Assembly: GCA_012295275.1 (NCBI GenBank)
Contig: CM022666.1
Span: forward strand, 4,402,001 to 4,466,000
DNA: 64,000 nt
Direction: 5' to 3'
From: Chrysomallon squamiferum
Taxonomy: Eukaryota > Animalia > Mollusca
Part shown: piece after piece, positions 29,028-44,148 of the stretch
Layout: every line of letters starts with the position of its first letter
How positions within the stretch are numbered: the stretch's first letter is position 1
Notes under the pieces: model-generated
Database searches by the model: none
Told to the model about the DNA's origin: nothing
The model's input: the letters and a program-made list of their open reading frames with translations, nothing else
Position numbers and translations under genes: made by a program

Positions 29028-30324
29028 TATAACTTATTTAAACTTTTGAACAAAAATCACCTACATCTTCATTTTATTTTCATAAAAAGTTAATTAACAG
29101 CACACACACACATTATTATTAATGAATTTTTTGAAAATGATTATTTTACTGCTTTGCATTCTGACATGCGCTGTCAACACTCTGGAACATGCCAAACATG
29201 CATTAAAGGTTATGTAAAGAAGAAACACAACTCTGATTTGTTTATTTAACTCGAGTCGCCCTAATGTGACAAATTCATTCTACATTTAAAACTACTTTCC
29301 CTTTTTCCTGAACCCATTAAATACCAAAAGGTTACAAGCGAAAATAATCTAAAAATTAATGTAAACTATCTCGCATAACATTTCATGTTTTTTAAAATCT
29401 TTTCATTTTCCTTGAATTTAACTCTTTGTACTTCAAACACTTAAATGTCTTGATTGATAAACCGTAACTGATTTTTGATGAATAGATGATGATTTTGATG
29501 ATGAATGATGACTGGGGTGATGGTTTTAATGTCTGAGATTATTATTTTAATGATGATTCATGACAGAGATGATTGTTTTAATGATAAATCATTACTAAAA
29601 TAATGATAAAGGATTCTTTTCATGTATATGAGAAAAGCATGTTGATACTTATAAAAACATTCAATAGAAGCAAAAAAAAAAAAGATTACAAAATATTTTT
29701 AAAAGCATTTTAAAATTATCTTAACACTAAAAGGGTTAACTTGCACTTTAAATTTTCAAAAAAAAAAAAAAAAAAAAATTTGCATTCAAATTGCAAAAAA
29801 AACCACAGTTTTAAAATGGAGTTTGTAATTGAATTTCATTAGTTAAAAAAAAAAAAAAAATATATAAAAGATAAATAAATTCCCTTAAGGAATAAAACAA
29901 ATCAAAAATATTTTCTTGTTCATTTAAGAAAACCTCCTGGCTCTTTGATTTCCATTTCAGACATCCATTTGTACAAAATGAATTCTTAATGCCTTGACGA
30001 AGAACAAAAACTTTCTAAGAAGATTTCGAATAAAGACCCAACACTGGGAGACAAAAACCACAAGGACAGTTTAAGAAAATTTATCAAAGCGTCTCCATTT
30101 TTCATTTAGGTAACTGATATAAAAAAGAGAGAAGAAAAACTCTGAGCTTAAAGAAAGTTAAAAAAAAAACAACAACAAAAAAAAAAACCAAGAAGGAAAA
30201 TGATAACAAGGGTTAAGATTCAGCATGATACAAAACACAGGACACTGTTTTCGAGATAACTTTTATACCATTTAACAGTGAGGAGATGAACTGTCTCTCA
30301 GTTATTGCAGTGTAAGGTTAAAGT

Positions 30325-30660
30325 ATAACAGTTCAGTGGACTGGTCCTCATTAATACAGTACTGGCTATTTCCCATTCCAAGCCATAACAGTTCAGTGGA
30401 CCGGTCCTGACTATTTCCCATTCCAAACAGAACTCCCCATTTATCAAATATTACTGTACATACTTTCCCAACTTATGGGAAGGTGAACTTAAAATATCCT
30501 TCCTGCTAATCAGTAGGAGTAACCCATGATGAGGCAACAGCTGGTTTCTTCTTATTTTTATCTGTATTTTATTTTGACTAAATGTATGATGCCACAATAC
30601 CTGGTAACTGTAGATTATAAATGTGCTCAAGCTTGTTAAAATAAAACATTTCTTTTTCTG
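30325..30660 (+). mobile_element. Degenerate SINE copy with a small internal duplication (30325-30425)
   Basis: ataacagttcagtggac..ctatttcccattcca occurs twice, followed by tatgggaaggtgaacttaaaatatccttcctgctaatcagtaggagtaacccatg..gctggtttc..aaatgtgctc..gttaaaataaaacatttc. Confidence 0.62.
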
Positions 30661-31295
30661 TTTATATCATCATCATGTTATATAAAATATATTCATGGCA
30701 CTTAATAATTGCTAGCAATAAAGTTTCTTAAGTGTCATTAAACATTAACCAATTCATTCGCTGAGCTGAAAGAAAAGCATTTTAATGTGTGTTTCTCTAT
30801 TACCACATCTGCTGTTTTGTACAGTAAATCACTGCTGTGTGACTAAGAGAGTAATAATAATAATAATAAAAGAAGCAACAAAACCAAAAAAAAAAAAAAA
30901 AAATAAAAAAAATAAAAATCAACAAGATACTGTATGTTATAGAATAAAAAAAAAAAAAAAAAAAAAAAAAAAATGCTATTTTCTAACTGCAATGAATTTC
31001 CAATAAATCAAATAAATTATTCCTTTTTTTATATGATGACTGGTACTTGTACATGCTATGTGTTATCAATAATCTATAAGTGGAACATTCATAAAGAACC
31101 AGTCGACGAATGCTGTATAACTCTTTTGTTAATAGAAACCAATAAAATGTTGAATGTACTGCTAATTGCAGAGTGTACCATGGAACTGATTCTGAAAAAT
31201 AATGATATGGTGTTGGTGGTTTTGTAACAAAGACCCAGAAAAAAATATTCACTGATAATGAAGTGAATAAATGAATTAATAATCCTAATGATGAT

Positions 31296-31326
<31 letters not shown>

Positions 31327-31621
31327 TTAAAATAAAGAGTTTAATATCATGATTATTTAACAATGTCAAAAACTGCCAAAGTGACAAGAAAGGATTTTTA
31401 AAACAGTTTAAAAACAACGAAAATGTTTGGTTATCAATATTTGAAAAAAATAAATAAAATAAAAAAAAATAAAAATAAATAATAATGATAATAATGATGA
31501 TGATAGTAATAATAATGATAATAATAATAATAATAATAATAATTATAATAATAATAGTAATAGCAGTAGTAACAATAATGATAATAACAATAATAATGAT
31601 AATAATACTAGTAGTAGTAGT

Positions 31622-31656
<35 letters not shown>

Positions 31657-31817
31657 TAATAATAATAATATAATTGATGATTATCTCTTTATTGTGATTT
31701 ATAACAATGGTTAAAATATTCCACCCCCCCAACAGCGCCACCCCCACCCTATTCCATTCTTTCAAAGCCCCAGACTATAATAACGAGGTAATAGATTTTT
31801 TTTTGTTCTTATTTGTA

Positions 31818-31853
<36 letters not shown>

Positions 31854-32210
31854 TCCAAGATCAAACACATGGTGATTATTCAGACAGCGGTAACCCCAGT
31901 GAAATCTGATTTCATCGACAAAAAACCAAACGTTCTCCGTTTTGTGAAGAAAAACGCAAAATTTACCAAGTTTTCCAATATTCCCTTCTGCACTCGCATT
32001 TCATTTCAATTATTTTCCACGCCACAAGAAATGATCTGAAATTTGACATCGCTCCCCCTTTCTGAGAGATGACAGTTGCTCTTGAATGGTGACTATGGAC
32101 CCAGGAAGGGGTTGAAATGTGTTTTCATAATTTTTTTTTCAAAATTTCTAGATTAAAACATGCTTGATGAAGTCCTCGGAAGAAAAGTGACGGTGATATT
32201 ATAAGCTTAT

Positions 32211-32303
32211 GGGGGGGATGAGTACATCAGGGGGATGAGTATATTAGGGGGATGAGTACATCAGGGGGATGAGTACATTAGGGGGATGAGTACATCAGGG
32301 GGG
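32211..32303. repeat. 17-18-bp G-rich minisatellite, 5 copies
   Basis: The unit is gggggatgagtacatca/tta. Confidence 0.9.
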
Positions 32304-32870
32304 AGGTTATGTGTTTAATGCCTCACCAGAGAATAAACAATGATTTTTATTATATTTTTTTTAAATTAGTTTTTATTTAATTTTTATTTAATTTTTAAAT
32401 TTTTAAAATTTTTTAAAAAATCTTTACTTTTTTTTTTTGCTATATTTAAATTTCATCTCTTTCTCCTTCTTCTAATAGTTCTATTATTTTTTTTTTTTTT
32501 TTTTTTTTGCACCAAAAGTTATCTTTACAATTCTCTAGAGAGATATTAAATTCTGACACAGAAAGCAAAAATTCCAGTACCCAGGGATTTGATTTCAGAT
32601 GAAATCAGTCTTAAAACGCAGTAATGTAGTTATAGCTTTCTGCAACATGTAACAGATATAATTAACACTGAGCCAGTTAAATTATTTTAAAGTCAAATAA
32701 TAATACAAAAAAAATAAAAATAAAAATAAAATTACTCTATTTTAAAGTTCATTGTTTTATTTTTAAAAATGTTTTTAAGGTTATAAAAATGGTAGTATTT
32801 TATAACATTTCATTCTTTTAATAAATTTTTTTTTTTTTAAATTTTAAAATTTTATTTATTATCATTGTTG

Positions 32871-32929
<59 letters not shown>

Positions 32930-33859
32930 GTTGTTGTTTATTTATTTATTTATTTACTTATTTATTTATTTATTTATTTATTTATTTTTTTTTTTTTTTT
33001 TTTTTTGGAGGTGTATGGTGTTTATTTTTCATATCAGATCATCTCTGGAACTCTTTTAGAAAAAATTATTTCCATGATAATGGAAACTGCACTTATTTAA
33101 TTTAACAAAACCTGAGGATCTCTTTTCTGAGAGAAAATGAATGAAAAAGAAACCTTGCTGTTGAAACTAAAAAAAACCCCAACATAATACCATAGCCTAC
33201 TCATAAATGCTTTGTCAGAAATACAGTCATAGTATTGAACAACTGAATGAATCAGTGTTTACTGACACCCAAACATGAAAAGCAGTCCAGTACTGAATGT
33301 CAGACAGAGGTATGGAATATGAGAGATATGTAACAACTAATGATACAAAAATTTAATTGTAGTGGTATAGTTAAAACATACAAGTTCTTTGTATGAAATA
33401 ATTATGTATTGATTTTATTACATTTTGTTAGTGATGAGATTCACTAATACAGGTGTGAAATAGGAATGTTACTGGATATTGTTGTTTTTTTAAATTTTTT
33501 TTTTGATGATGATGATGATGATGATGATTATCATGATGGTGACAAAAACAAGAACAACATATTAATAATGATAATAATAATAATAATAATAATAATAGTA
33601 TTAATAATAGTATTAATAATAGTAATAATAATACCAATTATAATAATAATAATAATAACAATATAACAACAACAGTAATAAAAAAAATAATAAGAACACC
33701 AACAGCAATAATAACAGAAACGGCAACAACAACAACAATAACAACAATAATCATTACACAAACAAGCTGTTTGAAATATGATGCAGACAGTAATTTTAAA
33801 TTTATATAGAAATGATAACAGATTCTATTTTAAACATTTTAAATGTCTTTTTAAACACT

Positions 33860-34980
33860 TGATCCTGTCTCCAAATTTCATCAAACTTCTGTACAACATG
33901 CAATTTTGTTCCTTAAATATCAAATTTACACAAAAATTGGGATTTTTTTTTTATGTCTTGGGAATGGCATTATCATGTTTTCACAACAAACAATTAAATT
34001 TTGTACCAAAAATGGCATAATTAACCACTAAATTTACAAAAAATTTGTAACATATTTAATTTGTCACCTCATTATAATTTATACTGAAATTGTTATAGAA
34101 TTAATTGTTCATGTTTTTTTGTTTTTTTTAATTTATACAGAAATAGTCAAAAAAGTATTGAAAAGTTTAAATGTCTTTCTTAACAATATTCCTCTCACCA
34201 AATGTTTCATCAAATTCAGAACAATATGAAAATGAAACACTTTATCATTAAATAAGTGATGCTAAATTTTTTTTTTTTTTTTAAACCATACATCAATTTA
34301 ACAATGCTTCTGTCATGAAATAACATCCAATTTCAAACTGCAACCTTCAGTTTAATTTTTCAGTCATTAAATCATTGCTGTATTTTATTTTTGAATCATT
34401 CAAATTTAAACCAAAATCATCACAGAACTTTTTGCCTGATAATGTTACAATCAAAATCTTTCTATCAAATTTTGAAACCATAACTTGCAATTTAATCCTG
34501 TAGTCATTATATTCACATCAAACAGGTTATAAACTTAAATATTTAAAATCATTGTAATATATATAGAAACCAACATGTTTTTTTTCAAACGATTCATTAA
34601 TTTAATATTATTCCCAAGACAAAATTACATCAAATTCTGTCATTACACTATCCAATTCAATCCAGCATTAAATTTAAATAAAACTGGTCATTTTTAAAGA
34701 TATTCAAAATTATAGATTTTCATAAAAATTCAGTCTTTTTAAAAGTCATTCATCGATTTAACAACAATTCCCATCGCAAAAATTACATCAAATTTTTTTT
34801 TTTCGTAACCAAACGACAAGCAATTTAATTCTGCGGTCATTAAATTTACACAAAATGCGTTTTCAAACTTTATTTTTTCGAGCCATTCATCGGTTTAATT
34901 TTTCAGTTCGACCACAAAACTACAGCAAACATTCATCATCGGATTTGAACCAAGGACATGCAATTCTGTCTCCTCGACAA
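33860..34980. repeat. Ancient degenerate tandem array, period ~140-160 bp
   Basis: Recurring blocks cattcatc(a/g)atttaa..aaaattacatcaaatt..gcaatttaat..gtcattaaatt near 34290, 34593, 34745 and 34882. Confidence 0.5.
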
Positions 34981-36386
34981 TCAAACTGACAGAAAATTAG
35001 CGAAGAATTTTATCTCGGCAATATAACCCAGCATGACTGAATCAAAATGATTATTAACACCTTCGTAGACAGCGAGTTACAATGTTCCACGGGCACTTCG
35101 GCCATTTCGGCTTTTCACTCCATTTACTGCATGCGCATTAAAACACTAAAGAAGCAAATTGACGACCATGTTGTAGCTGTGCATGCCAGTCATCGCAGAC
35201 GACTGTAAAAAGGAGAAATTAATCCGTTGAGGCCGCGGGTGTTGTTAAGTGGAAGAAAATTTTTATTTTTTGTGTTTTGAATTTTTATTTTTTTTTTCGT
35301 TTGTTTCCAGGTGAACAAGTTTTATGATGAACAAAAGCAGAGAGATTTAGAGATTTCATGTTGGAATGGAAAATAAAAAAAGTTTAAAAGATTTTTTTTT
35401 TTTTTTTTTTTTTTTTTGTAATGGAAGGTTTTTGGAAAATATGAATTAGAAGCATTTTAATGTAAAGAGTTTTTTTTTGTTTTGTTTTTTGTTGTTTTCT
35501 TTTTAAAAATGCTACTACATTTTTTTTTAATGTTAAATATCATATGCAGATTTGTAAAATGATACAGAGCTGGAAAACCAGGAAATTTAAAGATTTTTTG
35601 TTTTCAACTAAAAGCATTATTTCATTTTCAGAAATATTGATCAAAATTTTAAATTTAAAAAAAAATATATAATAGTATTAAAAAACCCCATTAATGGTCA
35701 GTAAACAGTGTATTATGTTATTTTCTTTAATGGATGAAAGGAATCTTAAAAAATAAAAAGATAATAATAAAAAAAAAATAAAATAGTTACAACAGAAGAG
35801 GGTGTTATTAATTACATATAATTAAATATATGTACACATACATTCATAAGAATAAATCAAATATAGACAATATAAATCTATATAAACACTGTGTATCTAT
35901 GAAAAAAATTGAATTATATCTGAACTTGGTGTTTCTCAGTGTATATTTGAGCTCCTTCGTCAAAGACACACACCAAACCTTCACAGACACACACACACAC
36001 ACAGACACACATAACCACACACAGACACAGATACACACTCACACAGACACACACACACAGACACACACACACAAACACAGACACACACACACACACACAC
36101 ACAGACACACACAGACACACACAGACAAACACACAGACACACAAACTAACTCTCAGTTCTGATTATCAAAATCTCAGCTCTTCTTCTGACATTTGCGGCC
36201 TACTCAGTGGTTTAATTGCACCACTGGGAAAACTCCACAGATTAATGTCATTTTAACTGAGCCCCCCCATCCCCTGACACCCTCTGACTGCTGGACTGTA
36301 CAGGTGCCATACATACACACTGAGTTTCGTTAGACATGCATTCTGTCACAGATACACACTGAGTCTGAATTTTGAGTATGCATGTA

Positions 36387-37058
<672 letters not shown>

Positions 37059-38674
37059 TTCTCTTTTTCTTTTTTTGTTTTTCTCTCTCTTTTGCATTTC
37101 CTTATTCTTTTTTTGTAGGATTTTTTTTGTTTTTAATATTTGTTGGAGTTTTTTTTTTGTTAACCATTCTGTCAGATTCCTCTCCATATTGCTGATAAAT
37201 TGTGGCAGTAAATTTGTTATGCCTGTCTTGTTACAAAAACGTATCGCACACATGAAGTAACATTACGTAGCTAACCAGTGCTTGAAGAAAATCGGCTGGA
37301 AACTTTGTCTAGCTCTTTGTGCTGGGAAAACTCAATGCAGCAAGCTTGTATTGACACTAATCTTTCATGGCCAGGATCCCTCCTATATCAGTTTATTAAA
37401 CATATTAAAAGGATATATAATGTCATGAGGGTTTTTTTTTTTTTTTCTCTCGTCTTTTTCTATTACCGGTTTCTGTATTAACAGTGATCCCAGGGCCTGT
37501 AGTATTCTCATAGTGAATATTTATCATTGCGGGATACAGATAAAATTAAAATAATTGTTGTTTAAAATGATGGAAGAAGAAAAGGTTTTTTTTTTTTTTT
37601 TTTCTTTTTAATGGAACTAGAATTGATGAAATGGAAAATGTTGGTTTGATGGAAAAAAAAAAAAAAATGAAGAGGATGATAATGATTACAGTAATGATGA
37701 TTGATGATGATGATTATATTGATTATAATGATCTTGTTTTTTTTTATTAATATTTTATTTATTTATTTATTTATATTTTATTTATTTTATTATTATTTTA
37801 TTTATTATTTATTATTATTATTTTATTTTTTTAGTAGTAGTAGTAGTAGTAAAGTTAAAAACACTTGTTTTTTTTGGTTGTTTTTTACAGTATGGAAAAT
37901 TCACAAATTAAAAGAAGAATAAATATTTCAAATTTTTTCAAATTTTAAGAAGAAAAGCTGTACAAACACTAAATCGAAAAATATATATCCTATTTATTGG
38001 CCCCCTTGTGAGAAACTAGCAAATATTCAGGCCAATGGTTGACCTATTCAACAGTACAGTGTATAGGATAATACTAATCTTAACTGTTCCTTTCAAAGCC
38101 CATCAAACAACAGCTTAATAAAAAAGAAATAAAAAAGAAGTAGCAAGAATTCATTCATGGATCTTTGCTTAGGATTTGATCATAAGAACCTACCACCATT
38201 CAGACAACAGCTTAAGCACAGAGTATGTAAGAAATACATTCAGTAATCATTTCACTGGACCTTGTCTGTGACTGAATCCAAGACAGTGTCTTCAAAAATG
38301 ATTTTACTGGATCTGTTCTTGGGATTCAGATGAAGAAACAACTGATGACGTTGAGGCCATAAGCTTATAAAAGACAGCATGTGAAAAGAGATATAATGAA
38401 AAGCTCATTTTTAGTGTCCTCATGAAAGATGTCTGAAGTCTGGCGTTATTATCACTAAGTGAGAAGCTCTCGGAAACACGACTTCGACAGTTATAACAGA
38501 GGAGAAAGAATCAAGCCAAGCGTGGATGGGAATCAATAACAAGAGTCGTGCTTGATTAAGTTGTTTGATGAGGCGTGAAGAGAAACAGCTTCAGGACAAA
38601 ACAAACTGAGTGTGTGTGCTTGCTCTCTTCTGTGAGACAGAAAAAAACAACAAAACATTTTTTAATTATTTTTT

Positions 38675-39640
38675 TAAAGTTGTCTCCCCTTACAATGAAA
38701 ATCTATGTTTTTGTTTTTTTCTTACTTTTTGTAGTTATGTCTGCATTTTGTTAAAGAGAATTTTTATCAAAATATATTACTTTTGTAATTTTTTTGTTTT
38801 TGTTTTGTTATTTGCCAATATAGATGTGACCAATTTTTATTCTATGAAGTTGTCTCCCCTTTACATCAATGAAATTATATAATATAAAAATGCTTTGTAG
38901 TTAAATTCCCTTATGATTATTATGTGTATTTTTATTAAAATAAATTGCTTATTTCAATTATTTGCATTTATAGCATTGACAAATTAAAATACGATAATTT
39001 ACTCTGCTAAATATTCTATGAAGTTGTCTCCCCTTACAGCAATGAAAATTTATGATATATAAATATTTTGTAGTTATATCCCCTTATGACAGTGACAATT
39101 TGCATTAAATCTCTTTTTTGTTATCTGCCTTTACCTATGAGAAATTAAACTGATTAATTTAATCTGCTCTTATAGATATAAGAATTTTTATTGCAATAAA
39201 TTACTTTTTCAGTTATCTGCCCTTATAAATAAAACAAATAAAACAATATTCATCATTAAAAACCCTTGCGGCTTGAAAACTGATATCAGAACAAATAATT
39301 GTCTGCAGTGATCTCCCCTTGTGGTAATGAAAATTTATATTATGATTAATTACTGTCTGTAGTTATCGTGTTTTACAAGAATGAGAATTTATAAAGCACT
39401 AATTCATTTTCTGTGTGTTTATCATCCCTTATGGTAATGAGAATATGCACTAAATTGCTCTTTACAATTATTTCCCCTTTATTGGAAATGACACTGTATT
39501 TTAATTAATGATTAATAGCAATTAGATTACAAAATAATATTTCTACAGTTATTACCTTTTTCTTTTTCCAGTGACAATTTATGTAGCTGATAATTAATAA
39601 ATGTCCAGAATTGCCTCCCTTTGCGGTAATAATAAAAAAA
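38675..39640. repeat. Degenerate ~50-bp tandem array with an AGTTATCTCCCCTT core
   Basis: Variants of agtt(g/a)tctccccttac..aatgaaaattt occur at about 38678, 38848, 38898, 39021, 39071, 39119, 39210, 39306, 39360, 39418, 39465, 39546 and 39606. Confidence 0.75.
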
Positions 39641-39694
39641 CTGTACTGCATTAAAATACATTCAGATTTAATAATCTTGTATTTGTGAAAACTG

Positions 39695-40060
39695 ATTATC
39701 TGGATTTACAAAGATTGGCTAACCATAGTTATCAAATTGGCTATCTAGATTTAGCTAACAAGATATCAAGATTTGCCAGGATGACTATCTTGAATGTCCA
39801 AACTAGATATCCAGATTTACTGAATTGGACATCAAGATTTTACTGAATTGGGTATCAAGATTTTTCAAACTGGGTATCAAGATTTACCGAACCGGATATC
39901 AAGATTTACCAAAATGGGTACCTAAATTTACTAAAACAATTTATGAAGATTTTTCTATTTTGGCTACCTGGATGCATCAAACTCAATGATGGTCCAGATT
40001 TACAAAGTTCACTGACCATCCAAAGATCATCCAGAGAGTGTCCATGTTTACCAAGAAGTC
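39695..40060. repeat. 22-bp degenerate minisatellite
   Basis: tatcaagatttaccgaaccgga-like units occur at 39853, 39875 and 39897 and decay on both sides. Confidence 0.8.
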
Positions 40061-40649
40061 TACTTAGTGTTAACAAAATTTGTGGTTAACAAAGCCTGCT
40101 AATCTGAGAGATTTGCAAGTCCACGAAATGCAATTTCATCTCAAAATCCTGACCCATGCAAGACCCAATTTCGAGTCTGGTGTCAAGAAGAAGCCAGCGA
40201 GAGAGAGAGAGTCAAAGCTGACGCAGGGATGAAAACCTTCATCAATTTCCTATTAGCTCTAATCACTGTGACAAGCAGGACACACTGTTGATGATTCACC
40301 TTGAGAACAATCGACACAAAGGGAGATGAAAATTCAATGTGTCAACCAATTTAAACCAAAAGCCAATTTATATTTCAATCGACAAGCCGAGCCTTGTTCG
40401 CACAAATTTTCGTCACCAGTTCAAAACGTGCTGGGGTTCGTTTTGGCAAAGTCCTCCGAAATCGGTTTTCGACTGAAATTGTATTCCCCATGTGTGTTAT
40501 GAGATTAAATGGTCTTGGGGGGGAATCGTTTTTAATGAAGGATTGATGCTAAAGTGAGCAAGTGACAATTTGTCTCGTTAGATCTCGTCTCTGAATTCAG
40601 GTAATGTTGTTAATATTACAAAGAGTGTTGTTTGTCTGGGACCTGTGTC

Positions 40650-42160
40650 TGTGATTCAGGACAAAGCTTTTGTGGTCAGATGAAGTGTTTAAATATTAAA
40701 ACTGCTTGTTAATGCAAAGTGGTTCTTCATTTCCACCGTCTTTTTGCTTTTTCTTTGGTGAACTTTTTTTGCTTCACGTGCGAAGGGTTGCAAGATCAAC
40801 TCTTTGTGGTTAAATGAAATGGCTTAAATATTTAAACTGGTTTATTAATGTACAAAAGAGTCTCTTGTTTTCAGTGCACGGAATCTTTTCACATTATTTT
40901 AGTTAAAGAAAAGTATTTACTTGATCTGTCAAAGGCTGTAAGATCAAATCTTTGTAGTTACATTAAGGAATTTCTAATACAAGTGTTAGAATAAATTATT
41001 TTCTTGTTTCCTGAATATAGAATCTTTTACTGTATTAAGTGGAATATTTGTTTGTGGTGTCAAAGACTGCAAGATCAAATCTTTGTAGTTACATTATGGA
41101 ATTTTTGATTTTTACAAGTGTTTCTAATATATATAATAGTATTCACCTGATGTGTCAAAAGTTGCTGGATCAAATCCCTGAGGTTATGTGAAGCATTTTA
41201 TTATTAAAAATACATTTTTTAACCTTTTCCTTATCATAAACAGACATATCCAATTAAAATTTTAATATTGTTAACCATGGAAAGCAGAGCCACCCCACAG
41301 ACTTCTTGTTATGCTGTTAGAAGTGGACACACCCCAAGAGACTCCCAAAAATAGTACCAGCCCAGTGAGTGCTGCCATCTATTGACTTTGCCTGGAGCTA
41401 CTTTTAATTACGCAGTGAAAAGAGTTAATTATTAAAACAGACCCAAGTAAGAGTTTTAATTCTGTAGTGGGATTTATTTTCTTCATTTCTTTTCAGTAGA
41501 TCCTAGTTAAGTTTGTCTGAGTTTTCAGTTCAGGTGTGAAGGACTGCAAGATCAAATCTTGGTAGATAAATGAAATATTTAATTAATCATTTAATCAACA
41601 GTTTTAATAACATAGAAAGTTTCATCTTTGTGTTATACTGGGTTTTTTTTTTTTTTTTTAATTTTTTTTTTTAAATTCATCATACTTAAACTCAGTTGAG
41701 TTGTCACTTCCAGGTGAAGGTTTGCAAGATCTATTCTTTGTAAGTGAATGAAATGATTAATTATTTAAATTAATTGAAATAAAAGTTTAGAACTTTTTCT
41801 TCTTTTCAGTGGATCAGACATTTTGGTTGAGTTTACACTTGAGGAATGAAGGGCAAAAGGGTCAAATCTTCATAGGTGACTGAAATATTTAATTATTCAA
41901 ACAGATTTAAGCAACAGTTTTAGTAGTATAATACACATCTTCTCATCACTTGAACATAATAGGTCGCTGGTTCAAATCTCCTCAGAGTACTTTTAATAGT
42001 TAAATGAATTTTTTTTTTATTATTCAAACAAACTTAATGAACAGTTTTAGTAATATAACAAATGTCTTTATCTGTATATACTATCAATGAACTGGGATTA
42101 AAAACCTCTCATTTCATGTATGATGGGTTCCAGGTTCAATTCCCCATCAACCACCATTTG
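40650..42160 (+). repeat. Old array of ~10 degenerate units (~100-190 bp) derived from a tRNA/SINE head
   Basis: The motif aagg..gcaagatcaaatc recurs at about 40785, 40932, 41062, 41160, 41539, 41717 and 41850, grading into B-box-like ggttcaaatc (41969) and ggttcaattcc (42133). Confidence 0.6.
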
Positions 42161-42546
42161 TAGATATATGGAATGCTGTATTATTTCAACAGATTCAATA
42201 ATTAATAATGTTTATATTTCTCATGTCCAGTATTTCTGAATCTAGTTATTCTGAATTTAATGAGACTAAAATTATACTGGACATACTTTAGTGAATGTAG
42301 ATATCACAGAGTGACTGAGTGACTGCCTTTAACATAACAAATACTGAGATGATAAATATTTAAATAGAGGAAATTTAAGATCGTCAAGGTTTGTTCTTTG
42401 TTGTATTCTAAACAAAGCTATAAGTGTATGGGTATAGTTTCAAAAAATGTTGAATTATTAATGGAATCCATATTGTTTGGTAATCAGAACTTGTTAACAT
42501 CAAGGTTAAAGGTTAAATGTTAATAATTAATCAATTTTTTTTTTTA

Positions 42547-42581
<35 letters not shown>

Positions 42582-44105
42582 TTTTTTTTTTTTTTTTTTT
42601 TTCAATAGAAGAAAGGTAAAAAATATATAAATACAGGTAAGAACAACAAATCTACATTTGAATAAGAAGAAACACAATAATGATGATGATGATGATGACG
42701 ATGATAACAAAGGTAATACAACAACAATGAAGATGACAACTACACTAACAATACTACAACAATAACAAAAACAATACAATGACAATGATAATAAAAATAT
42801 TAACAAAAACCACAATAAAAAAAAAAATAAAAAAAATATTGATATCAAACCAGTGACAACAACAACGACAACAGAAGAATAATAAAACAAAACGAATACA
42901 GAATCTCACACAATCACTTTCTACATCGTCAACCCCAGAGCTAAGTGCAAATGCAAACACATCGTCTCGTTATTAATTTTTCTAAACTTGTTTTCTAATT
43001 GGAAATTGGTGTTATTCTGATTGTTTCGCCCAAACAACGCTCTCGTCGGCCACTTCATCTGTCTAGGGACGTCGTGTCCATCGACGTCCATCCAAGCACA
43101 CAAAAGACGAAAAGACAATGCCTGCCTGCCAAAAAGGTCACGTCAGGGTTACGTTTTTCAGATATTGCAGACGCGTAATAAATTGAACAGGGAATATTGA
43201 TCTGAGAATTGTCGTACATGAAATCCATCGAAATTTTTCTGAAGGATGCGACAAAACAAGTAGCAGGAGTCATTAATATTTTAATTCCAGCGTTCCACTT
43301 GACAAATTACACGCAGCAGTGAGGACAAAGGAAGTAACCTTTCCTGACACAATCATTTGCTTTGGTTTAAATTCCTCCTTCAAATAATGAGCACCATTTT
43401 TAAGAGGAAACCCCCCCTTCAGTGCTGAATAATAATTATTATTATTTTTTTTTTTTTTTTGTTACAGTTCTTTTGTTGTTTAGTTAATCATTTTCATTAA
43501 TAAAAAATTTATTAAAGAATAGAAATGAAAAAAAAAAAAAAAAAAACTACATTTCACAAATCTACAATGAATAACATTAAATGAATCCAAAAAAAAAAAC
43601 ACCTTGATTCATTTTTACCTGTTCAGCAACAAACCATACCTGTAATTATTAATGCAGTTTACCTGGACTGACTGCTATATACATCAGCACTGAAGTACTT
43701 TTAATAAATTACTTTCATTTCTTAATTGCAATTAACCTTTTACGATTTCCCCTGTATGTTAATGTTATTTGCTATTAACAATTTAGGACTTCCATACCTC
43801 TGAAGAATCATTTATCTTAAATACCTGAGTAACTAAAGTTAATTGCAACAGACAATACAATACATATACGATTAACAAATTAATGCTGTATTATAAATAA
43901 TCATGTATATGTTTACTCTTGGGAGATAGACATCTTTAAAGTAACTCTTTTGTTTTCAAGCAAACAAAAACTCACTTAACAATTTATCCATTTTACATGT
44001 TAGCAATAAGTTAATTTCTTTACTTTATTTAATAATAACAATATTGAAAATAATAAATATATAAATTAATTAATTAAATAAAATAATAATAATAATATTA
44101 TTATA

Positions 44106-44148
<43 letters not shown>

